DNA of 63,728 nt, counting the filler, from Octopus bimaculoides (Eukaryota): assembly GCF_001194135.2 (NCBI RefSeq). It is 9 parts of 7 records of this genome, joined end to end, with 100 filler letters (N's around TTAATTAATTAA, not from the genome) between each part and the next. Parts side by side here need not be neighbours in the genome. Positions count along the whole stretch, not along the records: positions 1 to 26,324 come from NC_068993.1; 8 more parts are not named here. One strand, 5' to 3'. The notes beneath the pieces were generated by a model. That model was not told the DNA's origin and ran no database searches. It worked only from the letters and a program-made list of their open reading frames with translations. Position numbers and translations under genes: made by a program. Below, in pieces: positions 1 to 11,921 of the stretch (within the stretch, counting starts at the first letter, position 1; every line of letters starts with the position of its first letter).

Positions 1-347
1 ATTATTTGTAATTCAACGGTACAGATTTCTGCAATGTGGTGCATAAATTGTCAAGTAAATGAGACGCATCTTTGCCTCCACTGATTCACTTGCAAAGTGT
101 TGAGTAAAATTATTTCGTTGCAGACCTCCTTTGGGTCTTTTTATTATCACTGCGACACACATAATCCCCAGTTGGTAACATTGATTTCAAGGCCCTCCTA
201 GATGAGAGACTGGCATTCCACTTAATGTCTATGTTCCATGCTGGCATGGATTGGAGAGTTATTAATGTAAAAATATGGTATCGTAGCTACTAACAGTTGA
301 GGGTTGCGTAGTCTAGACGGCGTTTTTAGATTTCATTATTCTCTTTA

Positions 348-376
348 ACCCGGGCAAAGCCGGGTATTTCTGCTAG
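348..376 (+). mobile_element. Helitron-like 3' terminus (hairpin + CTAG)
   Basis: ACCCGG-GCAAAG-CCGGGT hairpin (348-365), then 7 nt, then CTAG (373-376) followed by T; matches the Helitron 3' hairpin-CTRR signature. Confidence 0.55.
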
Positions 377-378
377 TA

Positions 379-956
379 TCCTATAATTATCTATCTCTCT
401 ACTTTTGTAGGGTCTTCCTTGTTGCTGTTACATAGTATGAAATTTTAAAATTACGTCAAAATTTTCAAATTTGGTATATTGAAATAAGTTTCCACGTTAA
501 ATCCGATATTGTTATTTAATTTCCAGAAAAATTGCAGGAAAATGTTACTGTTGTTTAAAATTTCATTACTTTTACCTAATCAGAAAACAGGATTTGGAAG
601 CTGGCATTTTCTGCATGATAGCTGTCTATTACAAAATGAAAGCAAAATCATTACGAGGAGGAATTATTATCAAACAAACGAAAGCAAAGCATTACGACCA
701 TTAAATCTATAAAAGCGTCTGAAGTTTTAATAAGTTTTAATGAATAATGTCATGTGAAACAGTCGAACAGACAAGTAAATAATTTAAAAAGGAAAAAGAT
801 TGTCAAAGAATTTTTCTTTGCGAAAAATTGTACAAATCTGTCCTGATCGAGAGGCCTATATGTCGAGGAAGGCATGGTCTGACATGGAATAAGCAAAGAT
901 TTATATAAGACATTCTCTTGCAAAAATTGCCCGGCAACGACGGGCTATTCAGCTAA
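379..956 (+). mobile_element. Putative non-autonomous Helitron-like element
   Basis: Starts A|TC at 379; ends with GCCCG-GCAACGA-CGGGC hairpin (929-945), 7 nt, CTAA (953-956), then T. Confidence 0.4.
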
Positions 957-1903
957 TATATATATATATATATATANNNNNNNNNNNNNNNNNNNNNNNN
1001 NNNNNNNNNNNNNNNNNNNNNNNNNNNNNNNNNNNNNNNNNNNNNNNNNNNNNNNNNNNNNNNNNNNNNNNNNNNNNNNNNNNNNNNNNNNNNNNNNNNN
1101 NNNNNNNNNNNNNNNNNNNNNNNNNNNNNNNNNNNNNNNNNNNNNNNNNNNNNNNNNNNNNNNNNNNNNNNNNNNNNNNNNNNNNNNNNNNNNNNNNNNN
1201 NNNNNNNNNNNNNNNNNNNNNNNNNNNNNNNNNNNNNNNNNNNNNNNNNNNNNNNNNNNNNNNNNNNNNNNNNNNNNNNNNNNNNNNNNNNNNNNNNNNN
1301 NNNNNNNNNNNNNNNNNNNNNNNNNNNNNNNNNNNNNNNNNNNNNNNNNNNNNNNNNNNNNNNNNNNNNNNNNNNNNNNNNNNNNNNNNNNNNNNNNNNN
1401 NNNNNNNNNNNNNNNNNNNNNNNNNNNNNNNNNNNNNNNNNNNNNNNNNNNNNNNNNNNNNNNNNNNNNNNNNNNNNNNNNNNNNNNNNNNNNNNNNNNN
1501 NNNNNNNNNNNNNNNNNNNNNNNNNNNNNNNNNNNNNNNNNNNNNNNNNNNNNNNNNNNNNNNNNNNNNNNNNNNNNNNNNNNNNNNNNNNNNNNNNNNN
1601 NNNNNNNNNNNNNNNNNNNNNNNNNNNNNNNNNNNNNNNNNNNNNNNNNNNNNNNNNNNNNNNNNNNNNNNNNNNNNNNNNNNNNNNNNNNNNNNNNNNN
1701 NNNNNNNNNNNNNNNNNNNNNNNNNNNNNNNNNNNNNNNNNNNNNNNNNNNNNNNNNNNNNNNNNNNNNNNNNNNNNNNNNNNNNNNNNNNNNNNNNNNN
1801 NNNNNNNNNNNNNNNNNNNNNNNNNNNNNNNNNNNNNNNNNNNNNNNNNNNNNNNNNNNNNNNNNNNNNNNNNNNNNNNNNNNNNNNNNNNNNNNNNNNN
1901 NNT

Positions 1904-2348
1904 GACATTCTTCCACTGCTCTAGGGATTAATTCTGTAGGTTTTTACTCCACTCTAAACGCTTTGCAACATTTGTTTTTGAAAGTAGTGGTTTTCTGATT
2001 GCAGCCCTTCCGTTAAATCCGGCTTTGTGCAGCTCCCGGCGAACAGTTTTTGTGAGAACTGGGTTCACAAGGTGGTAATTAAGCTCTGCAGTAATTTTGG
2101 GAGCTGTACTTTTGTGATCCTTTCTAACAATTTGTGTAAGAGTCCGACGGTCCCTATCTGAAAGTTTTGGTTTTCTTCTGGAGTTTTGTTTCGACGAGGA
2201 GGTTTTTCCCTCTTTCTCAAAGGCTGTCATTACTCTCGAAACAGTACTTCTTGATACACCAAAATATTTCAGCTGTTTTCATTACACAAACGCCTGCCAT
2301 ACGAGTACCAACAATTTGACCTCTTTGAAAGTTCGATAGATCTGTCAT
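1904..2348 (-). mobile_element. Tc1-family transposase N-terminal (HTH) remnant, frameshifted, cut by gap
   Basis: Translation MTDLSNFQRGQIVG..GVSRSTVSRVMTAFEKEGKTSS..RKPKLSDRDRRTLTQIVRKDHKSTAPKITAELN..TVRRELHKAGFNGRAAIRKPLLS..RLEW is the typical Tc1/Tc3 paired HTH region. Confidence 0.9.
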
Positions 2349-2602
2349 TTTAATGAATTTTAATTACCTTTTGCTGCTGATATCTTAAAAGAAGCAGCAA
2401 TTTTAGCAAAACATATTAAGCAACACTAATAGTAAATAAAAAAAAGCATAAAAATAAACAAGCTTTTGACGGCTTTATAGATATTTCAAAATTATGCAGA
2501 TATCAAGAATCTATTTTGTATGTTATTTAATATACCCTTTAACGCTTAATACCCATGTGTTTACAGAAAATATTCAGGTTGCAGTGCATGAAACAGTTAG
2601 TA

Positions 2603-2965
2603 GCTAGTAACTGTGTGGTAAGTAGCTTGCTTACCAAACACATAGTACTGGGTTCAGTACCACTGCGTGGCACCTTGGTCATGTGTCTTCTACTATAGCC
2701 TCCGGCCGACCAATACCTTGTGAGTGGATTTGGTAGATGGAAACTGAAAGAAGTGTGTGTTTGTGTCTGTGTTTGTTTGCCACCCCCACCATCGCTTGAC
2801 AACCGATGTTGGTGTGTTTACGTCCCCGTAATCTTGCAGTTCGGCAAAAGAGGTAGATAGAATAAGTACTAGGGTTACAAAGAATAAGTCCTGGGGTCGA
2901 TTTGTTCGACTGAAGGCGGTGCTCCAGCATGAACGCAGTAAAATGACTGAAACAAGTAAAAGAAG
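2603..2965 (+). mobile_element. tRNA-derived SINE family A, near full length
   Basis: tRNA-like head (TGTGTGGTAAG..GGTTCAGTACCACTGCG), body GCACCTTGG..TGTCTTCTACTATAGCC..GTGAGTGGATTTGGTAGA, tail GGCGGTGCTCCAGCATG..TGACTGAAACAAGTAAAA; more than 10 copies in the window. Confidence 0.9.
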
Positions 2966-3852
2966 AGAAGAAGAAAAATTACATTTGACTGAGTAATACG
3001 AATGTGAAAAGATTAAGATGTGACTAAAGNNNNNNNNNNNNNNNNNNNNNNNNNNNNNNNNNNNNNNNNNNNNNNNNNNNNNNNNNNNNNNNNNNNNNNN
3101 NNNNNNNNNNNNNNNNNNNNNNNNNNNNNNNNNNNNNNNNNNNNNNNNNNNNNNNNNNNNNNNNNNNNNNNNNNNNNNNNNNNNNNNNNNNNNNNNNNNN
3201 NNNNNNNNNNNNNNNNNNNNNNNNNNNNNNNNNNNNNNNNNNNNNNNNNNNNNNNNNNNNNNNNNNNNNNNNNNNNNNNNNNNNNNNNNNNNNNNNNNNN
3301 NNNNNNNNNNNNNNNNNNNNNNNNNNNNNNNNNNNNNNNNNNNNNNNNNNNNNNNNNNNNNNNNNNNNNNNNNNNNNNNNNNNNNNNNNNNNNNNNNNNN
3401 NNNNNNNNNNNNNNNNNNNNNNNNNNNNNNNNNNNNNNNNNNNNNNNNNNNNNNNNNNNNNNNNNNNNNNNNNNNNNNNNNNNNNNNNNNNNNNNNNNNN
3501 NNNNNNNNNNNNNNNNNNNNNNNNNNNNNNNNNNNNNNNNNNNNNNNNNNNNNNNNNNNNNNNNNNNNNNNNNNNNNNNNNNNNNNNNNNNNNNNNNNNN
3601 NNNNNNNNNNNNNNNNNNNNNNNNNNNNNNNNNNNNNNNNNNNNNNNNNNNNNNNNNNNNNNNNNNNNNNNNNNNNNNNNNNNNNNNNNNNNNNNNNNNN
3701 NNNNNNNNNNNNNNNNNNNNNNNNNNNNNNNNNNNNNNNNNNNNNNNNNNNNNNNNNNNNNNNNNNNNNNNNNNNNNNNNNNNNNNNNNNNNNNNNNNNN
3801 NNNNNNNNNNNNNNNNNNNNNNNNNNNNNNNNNNNNNNNNNNNNNNNNNNNG

Positions 3853-4225
3853 CGTATAAGAAGGGATGACCACTAAGTTGACATCCGATATGCTAGAAAT
3901 CTACGATCTAACCACAAAGAAAAGAATGTTCTCCAGAAAAAAATCAGCAAACACCAGAGCATAAGAGGGCAAGACAAATGAAAATATCTAGCCCGCTTAT
4001 GTTCTGGTGTTTGCTGAATTTTTTCTGGAGAACGTTCTTTTCTTTGTGGTTAGATCGTAGATGATCTCTTTCTAGCATATCGGATGTCCACTTAGTGGTC
4101 ATCCCTTCTTATACGTAAGTAATACAATTTTTCTGAAGTTTCAGATTTTTTTATATGCTAGGCCACTGGTTTTAAATTGATGTTAATTAAATTAATATTC
4201 AATTTATCACCTTCAGTATATAAAT
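3853..4225. repeat. Fold-back inverted repeat (113/120-bp arms, 30-bp spacer) of the repeat family also at 28585-29000
   Basis: 3853-3965 is the reverse complement of 3996-4115; left arm and 4116-4225 align by eye to 28585-28725 and 28900-29000. Confidence 0.85.
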
Positions 4226-5269
4226 ATATATATACGCATATATATACGTATATATACATGTATACATACATATATGTGTGTATGTGATATATATATGCAC
4301 TTGGGCGAGTGCACAGTTGATTAGAGCCCCAATATTCCCTTGACCACCGGTCAATAGCTGATGAAAGTGTATAATAACTTTATATATATAATTATAAACA
4401 TATGATAAACATATATATGAATAATTATAAACTTATATGCATAATAGTATATATAGCGAGAAATATACATATGTATACCTGTGCTTATGTATATGTATAT
4501 ACACAGACACATACACACACACACACACACGCACGTATACATATGTATGTATATATGCAGAAATATATTTACATATATTCACATTTATACAAATGCATAT
4601 ATATATATATGTTATACGCACGCACGCGCACACACACACACATTTATTTACTTACCCAGAAAGGCTGTACTTTCCTGAAGGAATTCCATTTTAATGGTCC
4701 ACTAAATTTACTTTGTTTTTTACCCACCCAACATCCAACTTACTCTTACCGTCGCCATCGCAACCACCACCACCACCACCACCATTCATCAAGAAAAGAC
4801 AAGCATTAATAAATAACTGTAACAAGAATAACAAAATCAAACACTCGTAAACAAACGAAAAATCAATAAAAACATCTAAACACAAAAAAAAACCCCAAAG
4901 GCAAAATGTTTTTGCTGTTTGTTTGATTGTGACTTTTTAGTGTTACTGTCATTGTTTTACATATTTATTTATTTTTGCCAAATTTTTCTGAAGGTTCTTC
5001 CTTCTTGAACAGGAATAATTTTGGTAAAGGGATGTCTTCGAGTCTTAAATTAAGCTCAAATAACTGAAGCACCGTTTGCTAGTTTCGTTTCCCCGAAATC
5101 GTTCAACTGTATATGGGTTATAGAGTCTACATACATACATACATACATACATACATGTATATATACATAGAGGCATCCATATATATGTGTGTCTGTGTGT
5201 ACAATATATATATATACAATATATACAATATATATATAAATAGTGAGTTGATAGAGTACACAATACATA

Positions 5270-5275
5270 GCTTTA

Positions 5276-5340
<65 letters not shown>

Positions 5341-5357
5341 GTCTATCTGTCTATCTG

Positions 5358-5400
<43 letters not shown>

Positions 5401-5421
5401 GTCTATCTATCTATCTATCTG

Positions 5422-5464
<43 letters not shown>

Positions 5465-5466
5465 GT

Positions 5467-5504
<38 letters not shown>

Positions 5505-5520
5505 GTCAATCTATATGTCG
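5270..5520. repeat. (TCTA)n/(TCTG)n/(TA)n microsatellite
   Basis: Direct reading; source of spurious IYLS ORFs. Confidence 0.95.
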
Positions 5521-5721
5521 GTCTGTCTAGCTATATAATCTAATCTAATATTCTATAATGTGTGTGTGTGTGATGTGTGTATATGTACTTATTTACACAT
5601 ATGTATGCATATGTGCCTAAATATAGGTATATATGGGTGCGGGTTTTTTTTTTAATGTGAGAATCTATGCGTGTATATCTATGTATGTGTGCATATGCGT
5701 GTGTGTGTGTGTGTTTTACAG

Positions 5722-5766
5722 TGAGTGTGTGTGCGGAAGCTGAAGGTAACTGGGGGCAAACTGTAG
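5722..5766 (+). CDS. Candidate 45-nt exon (phase 1-1) xSVCAEAEGNWGQTV
   Basis: ttttacag| acceptor, G|gtaagt donor, only one frame open; no homology recognised. Confidence 0.2.
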
Positions 5767-5879
5767 GTAAGTGCGAGGTTACCGTAAGGGGTAAGGACAG
5801 AGTGGGTGCCATTGCCAGCCAAATGATTATGGTATGGCATTCTTGGGTATTGTAAGAACACAGTATTGTTGGTAAATAA

Positions 5880-6190
5880 GACCACCGCCACCACTATCAC
5901 TACCAACACCACCACAACCAACACCACCACCACCACCATCACAATCACCACCATCGTCATCATCATCATCATCATCATCATCATCGTTACTACCACAACC
6001 ATCTTTGTCGTCGTCGTCGTCATTACCATCACAATCATCTTCGTTGCCGTCATCATCACCATCATCATCATCCTAACCACCACCGCCACCACCACCACCA
6101 CCGCCACCAACAACAATATTTCCCTCCACTCCCCCTCATCATCATTCCTCCTCCTCCTCACCCCACACCATCATCATCGCCGCCGCATTC
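5880..6190. repeat. (CAC/CAT/CGT)n trinucleotide low-complexity tract
   Basis: Direct reading. Confidence 0.9.
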
Positions 6191-6455
6191 ACACACATAC
6201 ACACATATGGATAATGTTATAGACTTTTAACGATGCCACTTGGTTAAGTTAATTGTTTCTTATATAATGAATAACAACTTTTTCCTTTTTTTTTTTTGTT
6301 CTGGTATCATTTCCTTTCCCTTCTTCTTTTTCTTCATTTTCTTGCTTTTCTACCATTACTTTCTCTCTGTTTTTCTTTTCTTTCTTTCTGCCTTTTTTGG
6401 TTTGTTCGTTTAAGAATTCAAACAATACATCATACACGTCAAAAACCCTTAACAG

Positions 6456-6509
6456 ATCTTTTACAAGACTGTTGTGTGCCTACCATTATTATGGTTGTGT
6501 GCTTATGCA
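6456..6509 (+). CDS. Candidate 54-nt exon, possible reading IFYKTVVCLPLLWLCAYA
   Basis: ttaacag| acceptor and GCA|gtaagt donor; acceptor and frame ambiguous. Confidence 0.25.
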
Positions 6510-6637
6510 GTAAGTACGCACGTACTTATATATATATATATGTGTGTGTGTGTATGTATGTATGTATAAATACATATATATATTTATATATATATACAGG
6601 TATTACATGTAATACACATTTGTATTATCTTTATATA

Positions 6638-6684
<47 letters not shown>

Positions 6685-7346
6685 NNNNNNNNNNNNNNNN
6701 NNNNNNNNNNNNNNNNNNNNNNNNNNNNNNNNNNNNNNNNNNNNNNNNNNNNNNNNNNNNNNNNNNNNNNNNNNNNNNNNNNNNNNNNNNNNNNNNNNNN
6801 NNNNNNNNNNNNNNNNNNNNNNNNNNNNNNNNNNNNNNNNNNNNNNNNNNNNNNNNNNNNNNNNNNNNNNNNNNNNNNNNNNNNNNNNNNNNNNNNNNNN
6901 NNNNNNNNNNNNNNNNNNNNNNNNNNNNNNNNNNNNNNNNNNNNNNNNNNNNNNNNNNNNNNNNNNNNNNNNNNNNNNNNNNNNNNNNNNNNNNNNNNNN
7001 NNNNNNNNNNNNNNNNNNNNNNNNNNNNNNNNNNNNNNNNNNNNNNNNNNNNNNNNNNNNNNNNNNNNNNNNNNNNNNNNNNNNNNNNNNNNNNNNNNNN
7101 NNNNNNNNNNNNNNNNNNNNNNNNNNNNNNNNNNNNNNNNNNNNNNNNNNNNNNNNNNNNNNNNNNNNNNNNNNNNNNNNNNNNNNNNNNNNNNNNNNNN
7201 NNNNNNNNNNNNNNNNNNNNNNNNNNNNNNNNNNNNNNNNNNNNNNNNTATATATAACACAAAGAATATATATATATATATATATATATATAAGTATATT
7301 ATATCTATATGCCTGTATATATTTGTGTGCTTATGTACACACACAC

Positions 7347-7385
<39 letters not shown>

Positions 7386-7440
7386 TACGCACACAGACAT
7401 ACCTTTTATCTTTTTCTCCCTTTGTGTTTTGGTCTGTCTG

Positions 7441-7474
<34 letters not shown>

Positions 7475-7959
7475 TCTCTCCCAATATATACACACATGTC
7501 TGCAGATATGCATATATATTTACACATATCTATATACACATTTATGCTTATGTAGACGTATATTTAATCAAATACGTAATGTTTATATATGTATATATAT
7601 ATATATATCTATATCTAAATCTATCTATTTATCTATCTATCTATCTCTCTCTATATATATAGTGAGAAAGAGAGTGAGAGTGATGCACATATATATGAAT
7701 GTCTATGTATAAATATATATCTGTGAATGTGTGTGTATGCGCGCGTGCGTATGTGTGCTTGGATGAATGCGTATGTCTAGGTCTCTCCGGGTACGTATGA
7801 AAAATATAAACAAAAAAATCCTCGAAGATGTCAACGGGTACTTCTATGATAAGATGTTGTGGTGATTGTATTTCTTGATTTATAAATAGTCTTAAAAGAT
7901 AATGGAATACATAATTAATACGCGTCAGACGTAAACAGCTCGCTTAGGAAAGTTTTGTA

Positions 7960-8110
7960 AGCATCGTATTGCTTACCAACCTCATGGTTCTGGGTTCAGT
8001 CCCACTGCGTGGCATCTTGGGCAAATGTCTTCTACTATAGCCTCAGGCCGACCAAAGCCGTTTGAGTGGATTTGGTAGACGGAAACTGAAAACAGCCCGT
8101 CGTATATATG
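7960..8110 (+). mobile_element. SINE family A, 5' half
   Basis: GGGTTCAGTCCCACTGCGTGGCATCTTGGGCAAATGTCTTCTACTATAGCC..GGTAGACGGAAACTGAAA. Confidence 0.9.
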
Positions 8111-8157
<47 letters not shown>

Positions 8158-8907
8158 NNNNNNNNNNNNNNNNNNNNNNNNNNNNNNNNNNNNNNNNNNN
8201 NNNNNNNNNNNNNNNNNNNNNNNNNNNNNNNNNNNNNNNNNNNNNNNNNNNNNNNNNNNNNNNNNNNNNNNNNNNNNNNNNNNNNNNNNNNNNNNNNNNN
8301 NNNNNNNNNNNNNNNNNNNNNNNNNNNNNNNNNNNNNNNNNNNNNNNNNNNNNNNNNNNNNNNNNNNNNNNNNNNNNNNNNNNNNNNNNNNNNNNNNNNN
8401 NNNNNNNNNNNNNNNNNNNNNNNNNNNNNNNNNNNNNNNNNNNNNNNNNNNNNNNNNNNNNNNNNNNNNNNNNNNNNNNNNNNNNNNNNNNNNNNNNNNN
8501 NNNNNNNNNNNNNNNNNNNNNNNNNNNNNNNNNNNNNNNNNNNNNNNNNNNNNNNNNNNNNNNNNNNNNNNNNNNNNNNNNNNNNNNNNNNNNNNNNNNN
8601 NNNNNNNNNNNNNNNNNNNNNNNNNNNNNNNNNNNNNNNNNNNNNNNNNNNNNNNNNNNNNNNNNNNNNNNNNNNNNNNNNNNNNNNNNNNNNNNNNNNN
8701 NNNNNNNNNNNNNNNNNNNNNNNNNNNNNNNNNNNNNNNNNNNNNNNNNNNNNNNNNNNNNNNNNNNNNNNNNNNNNNNNNNNNNNNNNNNNNNNNNNNN
8801 NNNNNNNNNNNNNNNNNNNNNNNNNNNNNNNNNNNNNNNNNNNNNNNNNNNNNNNNNNNNNNNNNNNNNNNNNNNNNNNNNNNNNNNNNNNNNNNNNNNN
8901 NNNNNNN

Positions 8908-8966
<59 letters not shown>

Positions 8967-9096
8967 CTGATATAAGGATAACATTTTTCAAAAAAGAATT
9001 TTATCAGTGGCCAGCTTACGAAAATTATAAACAATTATAAAATAAGGGCAAAAGAAAATCATTTTCTATGGCAATATGCTGAAAAATAGAAAAATG

Positions 9097-9205
9097 CCTT
9101 AGGAATGAGAACCCAGGTTCGAAATTTTCCCCAAGACACCTGATGAAGGCTGGAGGGTGTATCACAAGATGAGGACAAATATCTGTCAAATGTAAATAAT
9201 GTAAA
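9097..9205 (+). mobile_element. Penelope-type terminal repeat, hammerhead 3' core deleted
   Basis: CCTTAGGAATGAGAACCCAGGTTCGAAATT..ACACCTGATGAAGGCTGG..AAGATGAGGACAAATAT matches the reverse complement of ~39030-39153 but lacks about 25 nt including GAAA. Confidence 0.75.
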
Positions 9206-9443
9206 AATTATATCTTCTAATTAAATTGTATGCAAGTATAATGTGTAAGAGCGTGATTTAATTTATAAAACTGATAATTAGCGTAAATTTATCAGCAAAC
9301 ATATTAACTCTTTAAGTGATCATATGCCGTACTTTGAGTAAAAACGAAATCCATTGCTGTATATAAACAGAGAATGACTGTATTCCGACTCTGATTGAAA
9401 ACTGTGGGTTTTCAATTTATTCCATTTATTATGGCATCGTATT

Positions 9444-9690
9444 AAGGTGTGTGGCTTCGTGGTTAGTGGTGTTACACTGACGATCGCTGTTTCGATTCCT
9501 GTGTTGGATGGTGACTTGTGTTTTTGACCTAAAAATTTCATCTCACGTTGATCCAGGTCACTTAGCTTTAATATGAGTAACCCAGCGATGGACTGGCTCA
9601 GTGGGGTGAAATGTTGTGATCTTGGCCCCTTATAAGCTATGGAAACCTGGCAATCAGCCCTATGAGTCTCAGGACTCGAGACAATTGATG
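9444..9690 (+). mobile_element. tRNA-derived SINE family C (degenerate)
   Basis: A-box GTGGCTTCGTGGTTAG and B-box GTTTCGATTCC; related to 21670-21810 and 57950-58080. Confidence 0.6.
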
Positions 9691-9816
9691 ATTATATTTT
9701 TCCAATTTATAAAGTCTTCCCTGCTACATCTTCCCAGAAGGAAGATAAAATTCTGTATTCCTGACCAGTCATACAACGTGACTTAAAGTTTTAAATTACA
9801 TCACTTTGATTTCAAA

Positions 9817-10016
9817 AGTTTGGCAAAAGGCCAGCAATTTCGGGGGCGGGGCTAAGTCAATTACATCGACCCCCAGTACTCAACTGGTCCTTATTTTATC
9901 GGCCCTGAAAGTAGAAAAGGCAAAGTCGACACCAGCAGAATTTGAACCCAGAGCGTAAAAACGGACGAAACGCCGTTAAACATTTTGCTAGTGTTTCTGC
10001 CAACTGGCCGCCTTAA
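9817..10016 (-). mobile_element. tRNA-derived SINE family B
   Basis: Reverse complement gives AGGCGGCCAGTTGGCAGAAAC..GGGTTCAAATTCTGCTGGTGTCGACTTTGCCTTTTC..GGGGTCGATGTAATTGACT. Confidence 0.85.
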
Positions 10017-10194
10017 ATTTTTAAATTACATGACTTCGTTTTAAAATCGCTAGACTCATTTTAAGGTGATATAATCCCACTTCGGAATAAGTTTTTGCGC
10101 TTTAAATGAGCATGTTTTCATTTTTAAATCGTTATTCTCACTTTGAAATGGCATGTCCTTCATTAGCTTACAATTTCTTTGGTATTTATAGTGG

Positions 10195-10385
10195 TGTTTG
10201 TTGTTCTTGTTTGGCCCCAGGTCAGCAGTAATCAAACAGATCTACAATTGTCTCAATGATCAGTATTACTTTGTTTTCGGATTATGAATCAAAGACTGTT
10301 GAGTTTTTGCCTATTTAATAAGGCAGGGTGTGATTTTAGGGAGATTTTACTGTTGTTTCTAGCAGGCTGGAAAACTGCGTAGACT
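10195..10385 (-). mobile_element. Short interspersed repeat family E
   Basis: Reverse complement contains GCTAGAAACAACAGTAAAATCTCCCTAAAATCACACCCT and GCTGACCTGGGGCCAAACAAGAACAAC; also seen at 17745, 26105 and 54790. Confidence 0.65.
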
Positions 10386-10520
10386 AAAGCATCTGGTCAT
10401 AGATTCGCGCGTTTAGGGCTACACATGGGCAAAAACAACAACAACAACAAAGAATATTCAAGTTGTTGTTCAAACGACCAAATTTCACATATGAGCGAGA
10501 GAGAAAGAGAAGAAAAGAGA

Positions 10521-10561
<41 letters not shown>

Positions 10562-11520
10562 TTGGTTTGGCAGAAGACCAAGAATTTCAAGGAGAGGAAA
10601 TAATGACAATGGAATTCCAAAGAATACGTTACTGAGGTTAAATTTAACGACCCTTGGTAGAACAGAAGAAAAAGTCGAACATAAAGTGAATTTGAACCCA
10701 GGATGTAGAAGAAAGGAAATATTTACTGTAACATATTTAATCGGGAGTTCCATCCCTTTTGCCAACTCGCAGTCTTCAAATTTCAGATAATAAAAAGAAA
10801 GCTCGAAGAATGAAAGAAAAATTGAAAGAAAAGAAGAAAAAAACAGAAAGAAGTGTTTAGAAAGAATTTCAGCTTCACATCTCCAAGCAAGAAAGCTCTG
10901 CAAGAGATCAAAAGGATTTAAGTTTCATCTCGTTTCCTAATTGTTCGAGAAAATTCTTCAGAAGAATGGGAATGGCATAATATGGGTCTCGGAAGTAATT
11001 TATCTGTTGTGCATCAAACGAGGTAATTGTTTCCAAAAGTATCGGTAAGGACGTGATGATGAGGGTTGGGCAGTGTTTGGTACGCTGGTAATGTTACACA
11101 GAACGGATCTGAAGAATACACACCGGCAGTACTAAGAAGTCAAACGCGTTCATCTTGTAACAGAACAGATATGGACCGTATCGGCACGAAGGTATTGAAC
11201 ATAGAGCTCAAAGGTAGCGGGGGGGGGGGGNNNNNNNNNNNNNNNNNNNNNNNNNNNNNNNNNNNNNNNNNNNNNNNNNNNNNNNNNNNNNNNNNNNNNN
11301 NNNNNNNNNNNNNNNNNNNNNNNNNNNNNNNNNNNNNNNNNNNNNNNNNNNNNNNNNNNNNNNNNNNNNNNNNNNNNNNNNNNNNNNNNNNNNNNNNNNN
11401 NNNNNNNNNNNNNNNNNNNNNNNNNNNNNNNNNNNNNNNNNNNNNNNNNNNNNNNNNNNNNNNNNNNNNNNNNNNNNNNNNNNNNNNNNNNNNNNNNNNN
11501 NNNNNNNNNNNNNNNNNNNN

Positions 11521-11737
11521 GATTTCAAATTTTGGCACAAAGCCAGCAACTTTAGGGCAAGGCTAAGTCGATTTCATTGAACCCATTGTTTAACTGGTAC
11601 TTTATTTTATCGACCCCGAAATGATGGAAAGTAAAGTCGACCTCGGCGAATTTCGAAGTCCGAACGTAAAGAGCTGGAAGAAATGTCGCTAAGCATTTTG
11701 TCCGACGCACTAACTATTATGCCTGTTTGCCGCATTA
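11521..11737 (-). mobile_element. SINE family B
   Basis: GGCACAAAGCCAGCAA..ATCGACCCCGAAATGATGGAAAGTAAAGTCGACCTCGGCG..GCTAAGCATTTTGTCCG. Confidence 0.85.
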
Positions 11738-11751
11738 ATGATAACAATAAT

Positions 11752-11884
11752 CTTTTCTACTATAGGCACAAGGCCTGAAATTTGAGGGAAGGGGGATAGT
11801 CAATCACATCGACCCCAGTACTTGACTGGTACTTAATTTAGCGACCCCGAAAGCATGAAAGGCAAAGCCGACCTCGGCGGAATA
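11752..11884 (-). mobile_element. SINE family B, 5'-truncated
   Basis: GGCACAAGGCCTGAAATT..CGACCCCGAAAGCATGAAAGGCAAAGCCGACCTCGGCGG. Confidence 0.85.
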
Positions 11885-11921
11885 TTATTCTCATTAATAA
11901 TAATGATAATAATAATAATTA

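Noticed and set aside
4656-4702. Minus-strand G|gtaagt donor after MEFLQESTAFL
   Set aside because: Weak acceptor, no supporting neighbouring exons, opposite strand to the better candidates
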